Source: Squalus acanthias (taxonomy: Eukaryota). From it: DNA of 64,000 bases. Position numbers and translations under genes: made by a program. The notes below the pieces were generated by a model. The model ran no database searches. It had not been told where the DNA came from and saw only the letters and a list, made by a program, of their open reading frames with translations. Where the stretch lies: positions 868,001 through 932,000 of the forward strand of contig JASTWF010000048.1 of the NCBI GenBank assembly GCA_030390025.1, written 5' to 3'. Within the stretch, counting starts at the first letter, position 1; the number at the start of each line of letters is the position of its first letter. Positions 37,256 to 49,392 of this stretch are shown here, one piece after another.

Positions 37256-39039
37256 TACCACCCAGTAACAGTGAACCGAAAGATATGAAAGATCCAGTAA
37301 GCAGAGCAAGTAAAGTCGCCTGTTCATTGTTGAAGCTTTACGCCGTTTTCGGGTGACTGTAACGGGTTAAATAAAGAAATTGACGTTTTTTTGAGGAAAG
37401 TCGAAAGTGATTTTCGAGTGTCACATCAAACGGCTATATTCAGCCTAATTATAAATATCCCTTATACATGTTCCCTTGTGAATAAAAGATTAAAGGTATC
37501 TTAAACCAAATTTTTATGATGATTAAAGTATTTGATCGGGTAGATAGAGAGAAACTATTTACTCCAGAGTAAGTGGCCACAAACTTACAATTAGAGCAAG
37601 GCCATTCAGAGGTGATGTCAGGAAGTACTTCTTCACACAAATGGTAATGAAAATCTGGAACCCTCTCCGGCTAAAATCTGCTATGGTTGGGGGTCAATTG
37701 GAAATGCCAAAACTGAGATTGTTAGGTTTTTGCTATGCATGGATAATAAAGATTATGGAAATAAGGCAGGTAAATGGATTCAAGATACATATCTGCCATG
37801 ATCCAATTTAATTGCATAGTAGGCTAGAGGAGGTGAATGGCCATCTCCTGTCCCCATGTTCCCATATTATCGCAGGCCAGAGATAAATCAACTAGTTGGT
37901 TTTGGTAAAATCGACAACAAGTACAATCACGTCATTCCTCTATATACTTACCCATAGGCTATCCATCGAGACGTCCAACTAATAAGCAATCCAGGAGAAT
38001 TCTCAGCCAAAGAATTCCTGACAGTGAGACTATGTGTAAACCGAGATGGTCACGATTATATGAATTGCTCTAAACCTATCAATTCTGAGATTGTTGTCAT
38101 GTGATCTTTGTTTGTCATATGTTTCTACACTGGCAGAAGGCAATTTCGCCCTACATACAACCCATTCTCACATGAATTTCTGTTTCATTTATGTAAAAGA
38201 TAAGACATTGTAATATTCTGAAATCACACCTGAACTGACGGATAACAGTTGAAAATTAGACATATTTGCTCCAAACCAGTTATAATTCTTACACGGAGCC
38301 CCAAATTCATCTAAAATTGCATTAACCTCACACCTCCTTATTCCTTAGAGTTCCCCTGCCATACTGAACGACCTAAATTAAAACATGTGTTAACCTCTAT
38401 TAAACAGAATACATTCTCATAATGCAAAGAAATTATATATAATTGAATAGAATGTACAGCATTGAAACAGGCCATTCGGTGCAACTGGTCTGTGATGGTT
38501 CTTATGCTCCGCACGAGCCCCCGACCTCTTTCATCTCGCCATATCCAAATATCAAGTAATACTGACTTCATGTATTATTAAGCTATTTTTTCTGTTATAT
38601 TAAAGATTGTGTAGCTATTCAATCACCTGTATCATCTCTAGGCATCAAAAAGAAGCTACGTCATGGTGGCATTTTACTCTTTTTCGCAAACCAGCTCTGT
38701 CCTCCGATACACCAATTAAACTTGAGCCTATTATGGTCCCGAAAAAAGAAGAAAAAGAGAAAGACTTGCAGTTCTATACGGCCTGACACGGCCCCAGGAC
38801 TTCCCACAGCGCTCTTCAGCTAATGAAGTATATTTTTGATGTCTAGTCACTGTTCCAATGTACGAAGCGCCGTAGTCAATTTGCATACAGTTGCATTATG
38901 GTCCAGATAAGCCGTTTTTAGAGATATTGATTGAGTGATAAACATTGGCAAGGAAATGGGGAGAACTCCCCTGCTCTTGAACGAACAAATGTCATGCATA
39001 TTTTATGTCAACATGGGAGGACAGACGGAGGCACTTACA

Positions 39040-39990
39040 GTTCAGTATTTCCACATTACAGCCCCACCCCCAACAGTGCAGCACTCCCTCAGTACTACCT
39101 CTCCCACAGTGCAACGCTCCATTATTACTGCACCCCCGAAAGTGCAACGCTTCCTCAGTAATGCCCCACCCACAGTGCAACGTTCCCTCAGTACTGCCAC
39201 TCCGACAGTGCTGCGCTGGCTCAGTACTGCCCCTCTGACAGTGCAGCGCTCCCTCAGTACTGGCCCTCTGACAGTCAAGCGCTCCCTCAGTACTGTCCCG
39301 TCCGAAAGTGAAGCGCTCTCTCAGTACTGTCCCATCCGACAGTGCAGCGTTCTCTCAGTACTACCCCACGACAGTGCCGCAGTCCCTCAGTACTGCACCT
39401 CCGACAGTGCAGCGCAATGCCAGTACTGTCTCTCAGGCAGTGCAGCACTCCCTCAGTACTACCTCTCGCACAGTGCAACGTTCCATTATTACTGCACCCC
39501 CGAGGTGCAACGCTTCCTCAGTAATGCCCCACCCACAGTGCAACGTTCCCTCAGTACTGCCACTCCGACAGTGCTGCGCTGGCTCAGTACTGCCCCTCTG
39601 ACAGTGCAGCGCTCCCTCAGTACTGGCCCTCTGACAGTCAAGCGCTCCCTCAGTACTGTCCCGTCCGACAGTGAAGCGCTCTCTCAGTACTGTCCCATCC
39701 GACAGTGCAGCGTTCTCTCAGTACTACCCCACGACAGTACCGCAGTCCCTCAGTACTGCACCACCGACAGTGCAGCGCAATGCCAGTACTGTCTCTCAGG
39801 CAGTGCAGCACTCGCTCAGTACAGCTCTTCCGACAATGAGACTTCCGTCAGTCCTGGCCCTCCAACAGTGAAGCCCTCCCGCAGAACTGCCACTCCAACA
39901 GTGCAGCGCTCCCTCAGTACTGCCCCCTCCCACAGTGCAACGCTCCCCCAGTTTCACCCCTCCAACAGTGCAGCACTCCATCAGTACTGG
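39040..39990. repeat. 33-bp satellite in reverse orientation to 32095-32810, with an internal ~363-bp higher-order duplication
   Basis: CAGTGCAGCGCTCCCTCAGTACTGCCCC units; block ~39071-39430 recurs at ~39434-39800. Confidence 0.92.
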
Positions 39991-41584
39991 ACCAGGAAAG
40001 GTTGGCCTGCATTATGGTGTTCAATTCTCTGGAATACGGCTCAGACCCACACATTTCTGACTCTCAGGTGAGGCTGATAACAGCTTATCAACGGCTTACG
40101 GCAGCAACCTGGAGTAGTAGAACTATGAAGCTGCATTACATAGGAGACTACTTTGCCCTTCGTGATTGTGGGATCACATTGCTGAAGTAAAAATATTATT
40201 CCTACCGTCTCTCTTCTCTCTTATTAAAAGTTTCATTCGATGCACCTTCGCCACTAATTCCCCATGACGAGGAAACAGTTCTCATAGAATCATACTATCA
40301 TAGAATGAATCAGCACAGAAGGAGGCCTTTCGGCCCACAGTGCCGATGCCAGCTCTTAGAAAGAGCGATCCAAATAGTCCCACTATGCTGCGTTCTTTTG
40401 GCCATAGCCCTGGAAATCTTTCCTTTTCAAGTATATTTATCCAATCCCTTTTTGAAAATTACTATTCAATCTGCTTCCTCCACCCTTTCAGGCAGTGCAT
40501 TCCAGAAGATATTAACCAACTGGATCAAAAATAATATTCCTAATCTTCCCTCTAGTTGTTTTGCAAATCACATTAACCCTCTGACCTCTGGTTACGGACG
40601 CTTCTGGTACTGGAACTTTTTTCTTACTATTTATTCTATAAAAAAACATTCATGATTTCGAGCATCTCTATTAAATCACCCTTTAATCTTCTCTACTCTA
40701 AGGAGAAGAGTCTCAGCTACTCCAGTCTCTCCACCTATCATATATCATGGTTTACAAGGTTATGACGGGTTTGGATAGGATAAACGAGGAAAGGTTGTTC
40801 GCACTAGTTGATGGTACAAGGACTAGGGGGGAGGGTCAGAGATTTCAAGGTTTTGACCAAGAGATAGAGGGAGGATGTGAGGAAAAACTTTTTTACGCAG
40901 CTAGTCTTAGGACCGGGGATTCGCTGCCGACAGAAGTGATGGAAGCGGAGAGACTCAATGTTTTCAAGGGGAGACAGGATAGGCACTTGAGGGAAATAAA
41001 CTTGCAGGGCTACGGGGATAGAGCGGGGGGAAATGGGACTGACTGGATTGCTCTACAGTGAGCGGGCACAGACTCGATGGACCGAATTACCTCCAACTCT
41101 GCCGCATGAATATATGACTCGATCTGCACAATACAAACACAAAATGCTGGAAATACTCAGCAGGTTAGGCAGCATCGGTGGAGTGAGAAACAGAGTTAAC
41201 GTTTCAGGTCGACGAAGGATTCCTCTCTCCACAGATGCTGCCTGAGCTGTTGAGTGTTTCCAGCATTTTATGCTTTTATTTCAGATCGACAGCATATTGC
41301 CACAATGTAGATATATATCAACCGTTGCAAACAACATGAAACGCCCAATCATCTCTAAAAGATTGCGTAATGCCACTTAATTCCTTGTAATTATTAGTCT
41401 CACATTTATACATGAGAACCATCAGCTCCGCTTTAATAAATTAGGGGAAGTTCTGCTGGGCGCTCTTGCGACAACGTCACTTCCGCACTCATCCACAAAA
41501 CGATGTGCAGGGGCATTAGCAGTGCAGTGCGTAAAAAGCGCAGCTCAGCTGGGAGGTGGAAAGGACGGTTGCAGTTCTGACATC

Positions 41585-42709
41585 ATGTGTACTGTTTACC
41601 AATATCTACTGTTGCTGTTTCTCCCAGGTTACTGTTCCTACTTTGTGGGGCAAGTCGGGCGCGGCTTAATCTGTTTCTGGCAGCTCCGCTTGCTGTTGCA
41701 AAACACAAGCTCCTATTCAGAAGATCATTGAAAGAATTTATTACTGTTTTAAGCAGCAAGTTGTTGTGATCTGGAATGCACCGTCTGAACGGCAGGCGGA
41801 AGCAGATTCAACAAAACTTTCGAAGGAGAATTAGATAAAAACCTGAAGGGGGCATATGTGCAGGACTTTGGAGAGAGAGCAGGGGAGTGGAACTAATTGG
41901 ATAACAATTTCAAAACGCCGGATCAGGCAAGATGGGCCGAATGGCCACCGGCTGTGATGTATCATCCTATGATTATATAAACCATGTTATTTTTTGGCCC
42001 AATGGTCTATTAATTTTCCAAATATATTTTTCTTAGTTTGGCGCCTTTACCTGAAGTTTGGACGGGCCTAGACGCATTGCCCACGTGAGTGGGCAGAACG
42101 AGTCAGTCTCGATTATCTGGTTGACGGTGCAAAACTCTGCAACCCAACCTGATTTCGCGGCACAGAATAGGGCAACTGGCTGACATTTGTCCTCCCCAGA
42201 AATGGGCACTGAGGCGACTGTAACGATTTAGCCTCGCTCCATTTGTGCTGCGCGGACACTTCGCGTCCTCAGACGACGAGTCTGTATTTTAGCTCAGCTA
42301 ACTGTTCGACTGTGTTGTGTATCGCGTGTTTAGACAGAAAATGTCTCTCTATCCTTATTGTGCCTTTGTCTGATTTAATTCGAACTGTTTCTCATGTTCC
42401 TCTGTAGCCCCTTGCAGGAGTGCTCTCGTTTCCCAGTGGTGGAACCGGTTGTCGGTTGGAGTGGTGCGCACGGCGGAAATGCACTGCTACCAGAACGACA
42501 CGAGCGAGATGTATATGTACTGGTACCGGCAGCACAGCGGTGCAGGTTTGCAGCCCATAGCGACATCGGTTGGCACCTCTGAGTCCACGTCTGAAGACGG
42601 TTTCAAGGAGAGGTTTGAAGTCACCAGTCCCGATCTTAAGTCCTGCAACCTGAAAATACTGAGTGTGGAGGCGGATGACACAGCGCTGTATTACTGCGCT
42701 GCTGGAGAT
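41585..42709 (+). CDS. TRBV: TCR beta V segment V10 (family D), potentially functional; leader 41585-41627, V exon 42408-42709
   Basis: Leader MCTVYQYLLLLFLP/gttact; ctgtag acceptor; open frame to ALYYCAAGD; AEMHCYQNDT motif typical of fish TRBV. Confidence 0.85.
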
Positions 42710-42748
42710 CACAGTGATTCAAACAGGTGCAGAGCTGGGTCAAAAACA
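42710..42748 (+). other. 23-RSS of V10
   Basis: CACAGTG + 23 bp + TCAAAAACA. Confidence 0.9.
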
Positions 42749-43675
42749 TACCACCCATTAAAAGTGAACCGAAAGAGACCAAAATTCAAATAAGCAGCGC
42801 TCCTAAAGCCGCCTGCTCATTGATGAAGCCTCACTCCGTTTTCTAGTTTTATTGAGATAAATGAAGAGTGATTTTTGGGTCCCAGATCAAGCGGAGTGCT
42901 TCATCCAAATTATTTATGTGTCCTAATATAATACCTGGCCTAAAAGATTGAAATTGCGAGCACAGAATGCATAAAATAATCATGCGTTCCCTCGAGTTTA
43001 GAAGATTAAAGCGTGATCTAATCAAGCAGTTCACGAAGTTTAAAAGATTTGATAGGATATTCCATAGTATTACATAAAATAATTTACAGGGGTCCCCGCA
43101 GCATGCGTCATTGTTTACAGGAGATCCCCGGGAGTGTGGCCGCATTTACATGTATGGAGTGGTTGAGGCAATAGCACAGATTCAATTAAGGGCGACCTAT
43201 ATAAATATATGAGATGGAAGGAATAGAAGGCTATGTAGTCGGGTGAGATGTAGTAGTGTGCAGCATAAACACCGGCACAGACCAGTTGGACAGGATTCCG
43301 TGCTGTAACTTCGATGTAATTCTATTTAACAAGCGTCAGCATCTGATGGAGAGGTGAAAATAATTGGAAGGCGGATCAATTTGAGGAAATGACTTGAAAA
43401 TGCATTCGAAATCGGTTATAATGGGAAATTCCCAGGTGCTTGCAGTTACAGCTTGTAGCCACGGGTTGGTGCTGTATCTTCCTTTCATCATGTGCCCCGA
43501 CCTGCTATGACACAGAATGAGCAACGCCGCCGCAGATCTACCAGTCTACTTAATGGTCAGCTCCGCTCGTTCTGTAACGGTTTTACCCCCGACTTTTTTG
43601 CCAAAAGCGCCATTATATTTCCCGATGTCTGTTCTTTCACAGTGATGTGGTATGAGCAGCGCCTGTTACCAATAG

Positions 43676-44141
43676 AAGAAAGAAAGACCTACATTTATTT
43701 AGGGCCTTTCACGACCACCGGAAGTCTCAAAGCGCTTTACAGTCACTGAAGTACTTTTGAAGTGGAGTCACTGTTGTAATGTGGGAAACGCTGAAGCCAA
43801 TTCGCGCACAGAAATCTCCCACAAACAGCGATGTGATAAATAATCAGATAATCTGTTTCTGTTATGTTGGTTGAGGAATAAATATTGGACAGTATACCGG
43901 GGATAACTCTCCTAATCTGCTTCGAAATAGTGCCATGGGATCTCTAACATCCACCTGAAAGAGCAGACATGGGCTCGGTTTAACGATTCATCCGAAAGAC
44001 AGCACCTTCGACAGTGCAGCGCTCACTCAGCACTGGAGTGTCAGCCTAGCTTTATGTGCTCAAGTCCCTGGAGTGGGATTATGAACCTACAACTTTCTGA
44101 CTCAAAGGCGAGTGTGCAACCAACTGAGCCACAGCTGACAC
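43676..44141 (-). mobile_element. DeuSINE-like element (copy at ~50320-50790; fragments at ~22035-22290, ~32870-33160, ~38760-39000, ~56830-57190)
   Basis: Minus-strand tRNA-like head (GTGGCTCAGTTGGT..GTTCAT) and shared core ATTTAGCGCCTTTCACGACC..GCCATGGGATCT. Confidence 0.65.
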
Positions 44142-45241
44142 AATGGATAATCCGCGTTATTTTCGTTCACTGTGTGTTTTTATTTGCAAAAGGAACTTAG
44201 TACTCCGCACATGGTGATTGAACAATTCAAACGAATTGGAAGGAAGCGTAGAGAGGCGCAAAGAAGACCGGATAAAGAAGGAGGGAACAAGAAAAAAGAA
44301 GGAAATAAAGTAATTAAGGCATAAGAATATAAGAAATTCGGAGCAGGAGTAGGCCATTTGGCACTTTGAGCCTGCTCCGCCATTCAATGACATCATGGGT
44401 GAACTTCTACCTCATCTCCACTTTCCTGCACTATCCCCATATCCCTAGGATCCCTTAATATTCAAAAATCTATCGATCTCTGTCTTGAATATACTCAACA
44501 ACTGAGCCTCCACCCAGCTCTGTTTTATTAGCAAACATGGATATATTACATTTGGTTCCGTCATCCAAATCATTGATGTAGATTGTGAATAGCTAAGGCT
44601 CAGACCCTGATCCTTGCGATACCCAACTAGTTACAGCCTGCTAAACAAGGAAGAAAGAAAAAAACAAAAAAATATAGAAAGAAAGAAGGAATGAAAGAAA
44701 GCAAGGATGAAAGAAAGCAAGGAGGAAGGAAAGCAAGAAAGAAAGCCAGCAAGAAAGAAAGAAAGAAAGTGAGGGAAGGAAATCGATAAAAAAAAAGGAG
44801 GGAAGCAATGAAAGCAAGAAAGAGAGAGAGAAAGAAAATGAAATAAGAAATAGAAAGGAAGACAGAGAAAGAGAAAGAAGGAACGAAATAATTAAACACA
44901 CAAACAAACAAAGATAATTCTGTACCTAATCAAGCAACATCAAAATCAGATGCGAAATTGTTTGGCTCAATATTTATTTTTTTGCTGTTAATTAGGTTCG
45001 GTTGATGTTGGGACGCTTGCAGCTGTTTTAATGCAACATATGGAATCTAGGGCCGGTTGCAGATGCTTGATTCAACTTTGGGCCTGTGAAACAATGCCAG
45101 TCAAACTGGTCATTGTTAAGATTGAGTCCTGGTCTTTTTGCAAAACCAGCATCCGCCTGGTTACATCTTACCGCCACGATGCTTCTCAATGTTCTACAAC
45201 GTCATTATTTCTGGTGCCGTGTCGACAAAAACTTGAGAAAT

Positions 45242-45994
45242 GGCCCTGAAATTCCGTTCCCTACGGGTGAGTACGTGTTGTGTTCTCACCAGTAGGGCCA
45301 ACGGAAGTGGCGGTTTCGCGCATGAACTGCGCATGCGCTGCAAACCGGAACTTCCGTTCTCTTGAAGGAAGGGATTCGCAGTTCAACTGAGTGTGCCGAG
45401 ACATGGAACTTTCCCTTTTGTTACAGGTTTCTCCGTGCGGGTAAGTCCCAAGCAGCTGCGCGTGGAAAAAGCAGAGGCAAGGCCTGCTTTTAACATGGTA
45501 AGAGGTGAATTAAATAAAATTGAAACATTTTTTCAACAGATTTTTCATTTTTAAATACTTTAAAGAAAGGCACGTTTATTTTTAGCCCCGTTAAAAACTT
45601 TAATTAATTTTTTCAAAAAATTAAATTTTTGTATAAAATAGTTAATTTATGTAATATATAGTTATTTTAAAAATCCATTGTTTTTAAAAAAAAATATTTG
45701 ACATTTTACTCAGGTTTTGGGACCGATCTTTATTCATAGATTTGGCAGGTCTTCCTGTCAAATCGATGAAGGGAGATTCCCTGCTCCGATAGGCTCCCCA
45801 TGGCCGACGTGATCCCAGGGGACGCTGCGAAATAGTTGCGACCCTGGGATACGCGAGCACTGCACACCGGCAGCTGGAGGAGACCCAGGATCCGAATCCC
45901 AGGATCGGAATCACAGCACAACGGCAGCCGCGCTATGTAAGTGCAGGTCGGGGGCTTGCGCCCGCGGGAAGCCTCCGACCCGAAATTCTGGGCT
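45242..45994. mobile_element. Non-autonomous DNA transposon (MITE, PIF/Harbinger-like)
   Basis: Imperfect TIR GGCCCTGAAATT..AAATTCTGGGCT flanked by a 3-bp AAT duplication; copy at 51885-52632. Confidence 0.7.
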
Positions 45995-46503
45995 AATATC
46001 TTTTATCTTTTCATGTTTAAGAGTTGAGAAACGCTTTCCTCCAGCCCCAGCGGAAGTAACGTGTCCCATTCTGAGCAGAACGCATTAGATAGAGTGCCAA
46101 TGTCTTGGAGAAGTTGCCGCAGAGATTACCAGGGACGAGGGATTTCATTGATCTGTAGAGACAACAGAAGCTGGGCTGTTCTCCTTAGAGCAGAGAGCGT
46201 GAAGCGGAGCTGCACCAGAATGCTATCAGGGATGAGCAACTTCATTTAAGCGTGGCTGACCGCCTGATTTAAAGAGTGATCTGGCGGGACAAGAGGTTTC
46301 TTTGGCGCCCAACAATTCTCTTGCCGCTGAGCGCCCTAAAATTTCGATTAGCCTTTGTGCTGTTCCTTTTGCGGTTGGGGGGTTTAAGGTTGCAGTTGAC
46401 GCAATTTCCGTTTATGACGCTTTCCCGGCATTTCAAGGGGCAATGCAGAAGCGGCGCCTCTCCACACGCACAGCTGCAACCGAACGATTGCTTCTGGAAC
46501 AAG

Positions 46504-46549
46504 ATGCGCTTAAATTTCCTGCAACTAACTCTTTTATTTATGAAGCCCC
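46504..46549 (+). pseudogene. Orphan family-E leader exon with promoter (its V exon is missing beyond the duplication junction)
   Basis: MRLNFLQLTLLFMKP/gtaagc, same peptide as the V12 leader; intron breaks at ~46710. Confidence 0.85.
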
Positions 46550-48221
46550 GTAAGCGTCAGGATTCTTTAACGACATTCTTACTCAGATTCATTTAAACAA
46601 TGATGATAATATGATTCATGAGTGATATAGTGGCACGATTATATGCCGAGACTCGATTATTTAATATGCTATTACCATAATGTTTTGTTTAACCAGTGCA
46701 TGTTTTAACTAAGCGAGGTTGATAACAGCTAATCAACGGCTTACGGCAACACTATCCAGTAGTAGAACTATGAAGCTGCATTACATCGCAGACTACTTGG
46801 CCCTTCGTGATTGTGGGTTCACATTGCTGAAGTAAAAATATTTTTCCTACCATCTCTCTTCACTCTTATTAAAAGTTTCATTCGATGCACCTTCGCCACT
46901 AATTCCCCAAGACGAGGAAACAGTCCTCATAGAATCATAGAATGAATCAGCACAGAAGGAGGCCTTTCGGCCCACAGTGCCTATGCCAGCTCTTAGAAAG
47001 AGCGATCCAAATAGTCCCACTATGCTGCGTTCTTTTTGCCATAGCCCTGGAAATCTTTCCTTTTCAAGTATATATATCCAATCCCTTTTTGAAAATTACT
47101 ATTCAATCTGCTTCCTCCACCCTTTCAGGCAGTGCATTCCAGAAGATATTAACCAACTGGATCAAAAATAATATTCCTAATCTTCCCTCTAGTTGTTTTG
47201 CAAATCACATTAACCCTCTGACCTCTGGTTACGGACGCTTCTGGTACTGGAACTTTTTTCTTACTATTTATTCTATAAAAAAACATTCATGATTTCGAGC
47301 ATCTCTATTAAATCACCCTTTAATCTTCTCTACTCTAAGGAGAAGAGTCTCAGCTACTCCAGTCTCTCCACCTATCATATATCATGGTTTACAAGGTTAT
47401 GACGGGTTTGGATAGGATAAACGAGGAAAGGTTGTTCGCACTAGTTGATGGTACAAGGACTAGGGGGGAGGGTCAGAGATTTCAAGGTTTTGACCAAGAG
47501 ATAGAGGGAGGATGTGAGGAAAAACTTTTTTACGCAGCTAGTCTTAGGACCGGGGATTCGCTGCCGACAGAAGTGATGGAAGCGGAGAGACTCAATGTTT
47601 TCAAGGGGAGACAGGATAGGCACTTGAGGGAAATAAACTTGCAGGGCTACGGGGATAGAGCGGGGGGAAATGGGACTGACTGGATTGCTCCACAGTGAGC
47701 GGGCACAGACTCGATGGACCGAATTACCTCCAACTCTGCCGCATGAATATATGACTCGATCTGCACAATGCAAACACAAAATGCTGGAAATACTCAGCAG
47801 GTTAGGCAGCATCGGTGGAGTGAGAAACAGAGTTAACGTTTCAGGTCGACGAAGGATTCCTCTCTCCACAGATGCTGCCTGAGCTGTTGAGTGTTTCCAG
47901 CATTTTATGCTTTTATTTCAGATCGACAGCATATTGCCACAATGTAGATATATATCAACCGTTGCAAACAACATGAAACGCCCAATCATCTCTAAAAGAT
48001 TGCGTATTGCCACTTAATCCCTTGTAATTATTAGTCTCACATTTATACGTGAGAACCATCAGCTCCGCTTTAATAAATTAGGGGAAGTTCTGCTGGGCGC
48101 TCTTGCGACAACGTCACTTCCGCACTCATCCACAAAACGATGTGCAGGGGCATTAGCAGTGCAGTGCGTAAAAAGCGCAGCTCAGCTGGGAGGTGGAAAG
48201 GACGGTTGCAGTTCTGACATC

Positions 48222-49353
48222 ATGTGTACTGTTTACCAATATCTACTGTTGCTGTTTCTCCCAGGTTACTGTTCCTACTTTGTGGGGCAAGTCGGGCGCG
48301 GCTTAATCTGTTTCTGGCAACTCCGCTTGCTGTTGCAAATCACAAGCTCCTATTCCGAAGATCATTGAAATAAATTATTACTGTTTTAAGCAGCAAGTTG
48401 TTGTGATCTGGAATGCACCGTCTGAACGGCAGGCGGACGCAGATTCGACAGTTACTTTCGAAGGAGAATTGGATAAAAACCTGAAGGGGACATATGTGCA
48501 GGACTTTGGAGATAGAGCAGGGGAGTGGAACTAATTGGATAGCAATTTCAAAACGCCGGATCAGGCAAGATGGGCCGAATGGACACCGGCTGTGATGTAT
48601 TATTCTATGATTCTATAAACCAGGTTATTTTTTGGCCCAATGTTATATTAATTTTCCTGATATATTTTTCTTAGGTTGGCGCCTTGCCTTTACCTGAAGT
48701 TTGGACGGGCCTAGGCGCATTGCCCACATGAGTGGGCAGGACGAGTCAGTCTCGATGATCTGGTTGACGGTGCAAAACTGTGCAACCCAACCTGACTTCG
48801 TGGCGTAGAATAGGGCAGCTGGCTGACATTTGTCCTCCCCAGAAATGGGCACTGAGGCCAAGTGTAACGATTTAGCATTGCTCCATTTGTGCTCTGCGGA
48901 TACTTGGCGTCCACAGATGACGAGTCTGTAGTTTAGCTCAGCGAGCTGTTCGACTGTGGTGTGTATCGCGTTTTTAGACAGAAAATGTCTCTCTATCCTT
49001 ATTGTGCCTGTTTCTGATTTAATCCGATGTGTTTCTCATGTTCCTCTGTAGCCCCTTGCAGGAGTGCTCTCATTTCCCAGTGGTGGAACCGGTTGTCGGT
49101 TGGAGTGGGGCGCACGGCGGAAATGCACTGCTACCAGAACGACACGAGCGAGATGTATATGTACTGGTACCGGCAGCACAGCGGTGCAGGGTTGCAGCTC
49201 ATAGCGACATCGGTTGGCACCTCTGAGCCCACGCCTGAAGACGGTTTCAAGGAGAGGTTTGAAGTCACCAGACCCGATCTTAAGTCCTGCAGCCTGAAAA
49301 TACTGAGTGTGGAGGCGGCTGACACAGCGCTGTATTACTGCGCTGCTGGAGAT
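48222..49353 (+). CDS. TRBV: TCR beta V segment V11 (family D), potentially functional; leader 48222-48264, V exon 49052-49353
   Basis: Intact leader and splice sites; ALISQWWNRL..MHC..WYRQ..DTALYYCAAGD. Confidence 0.9.
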
Positions 49354-49392
49354 CACAGTGATTCAAACAGGTGCAGGGCTGGTTCAAAAACA
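49354..49392 (+). other. 23-RSS of V11
   Basis: CACAGTG + 23 bp + TCAAAAACA. Confidence 0.9.

Noticed and set aside
38935-40071. 378-aa ORF and similar ORFs at 31977-32861
   Set aside because: In-frame translation of the 33-bp satellite
40280-41110. Abutting opposite-strand CR1 fragments as a special inversion structure
   Set aside because: The two pieces look like different subfamilies; independent insertions suffice
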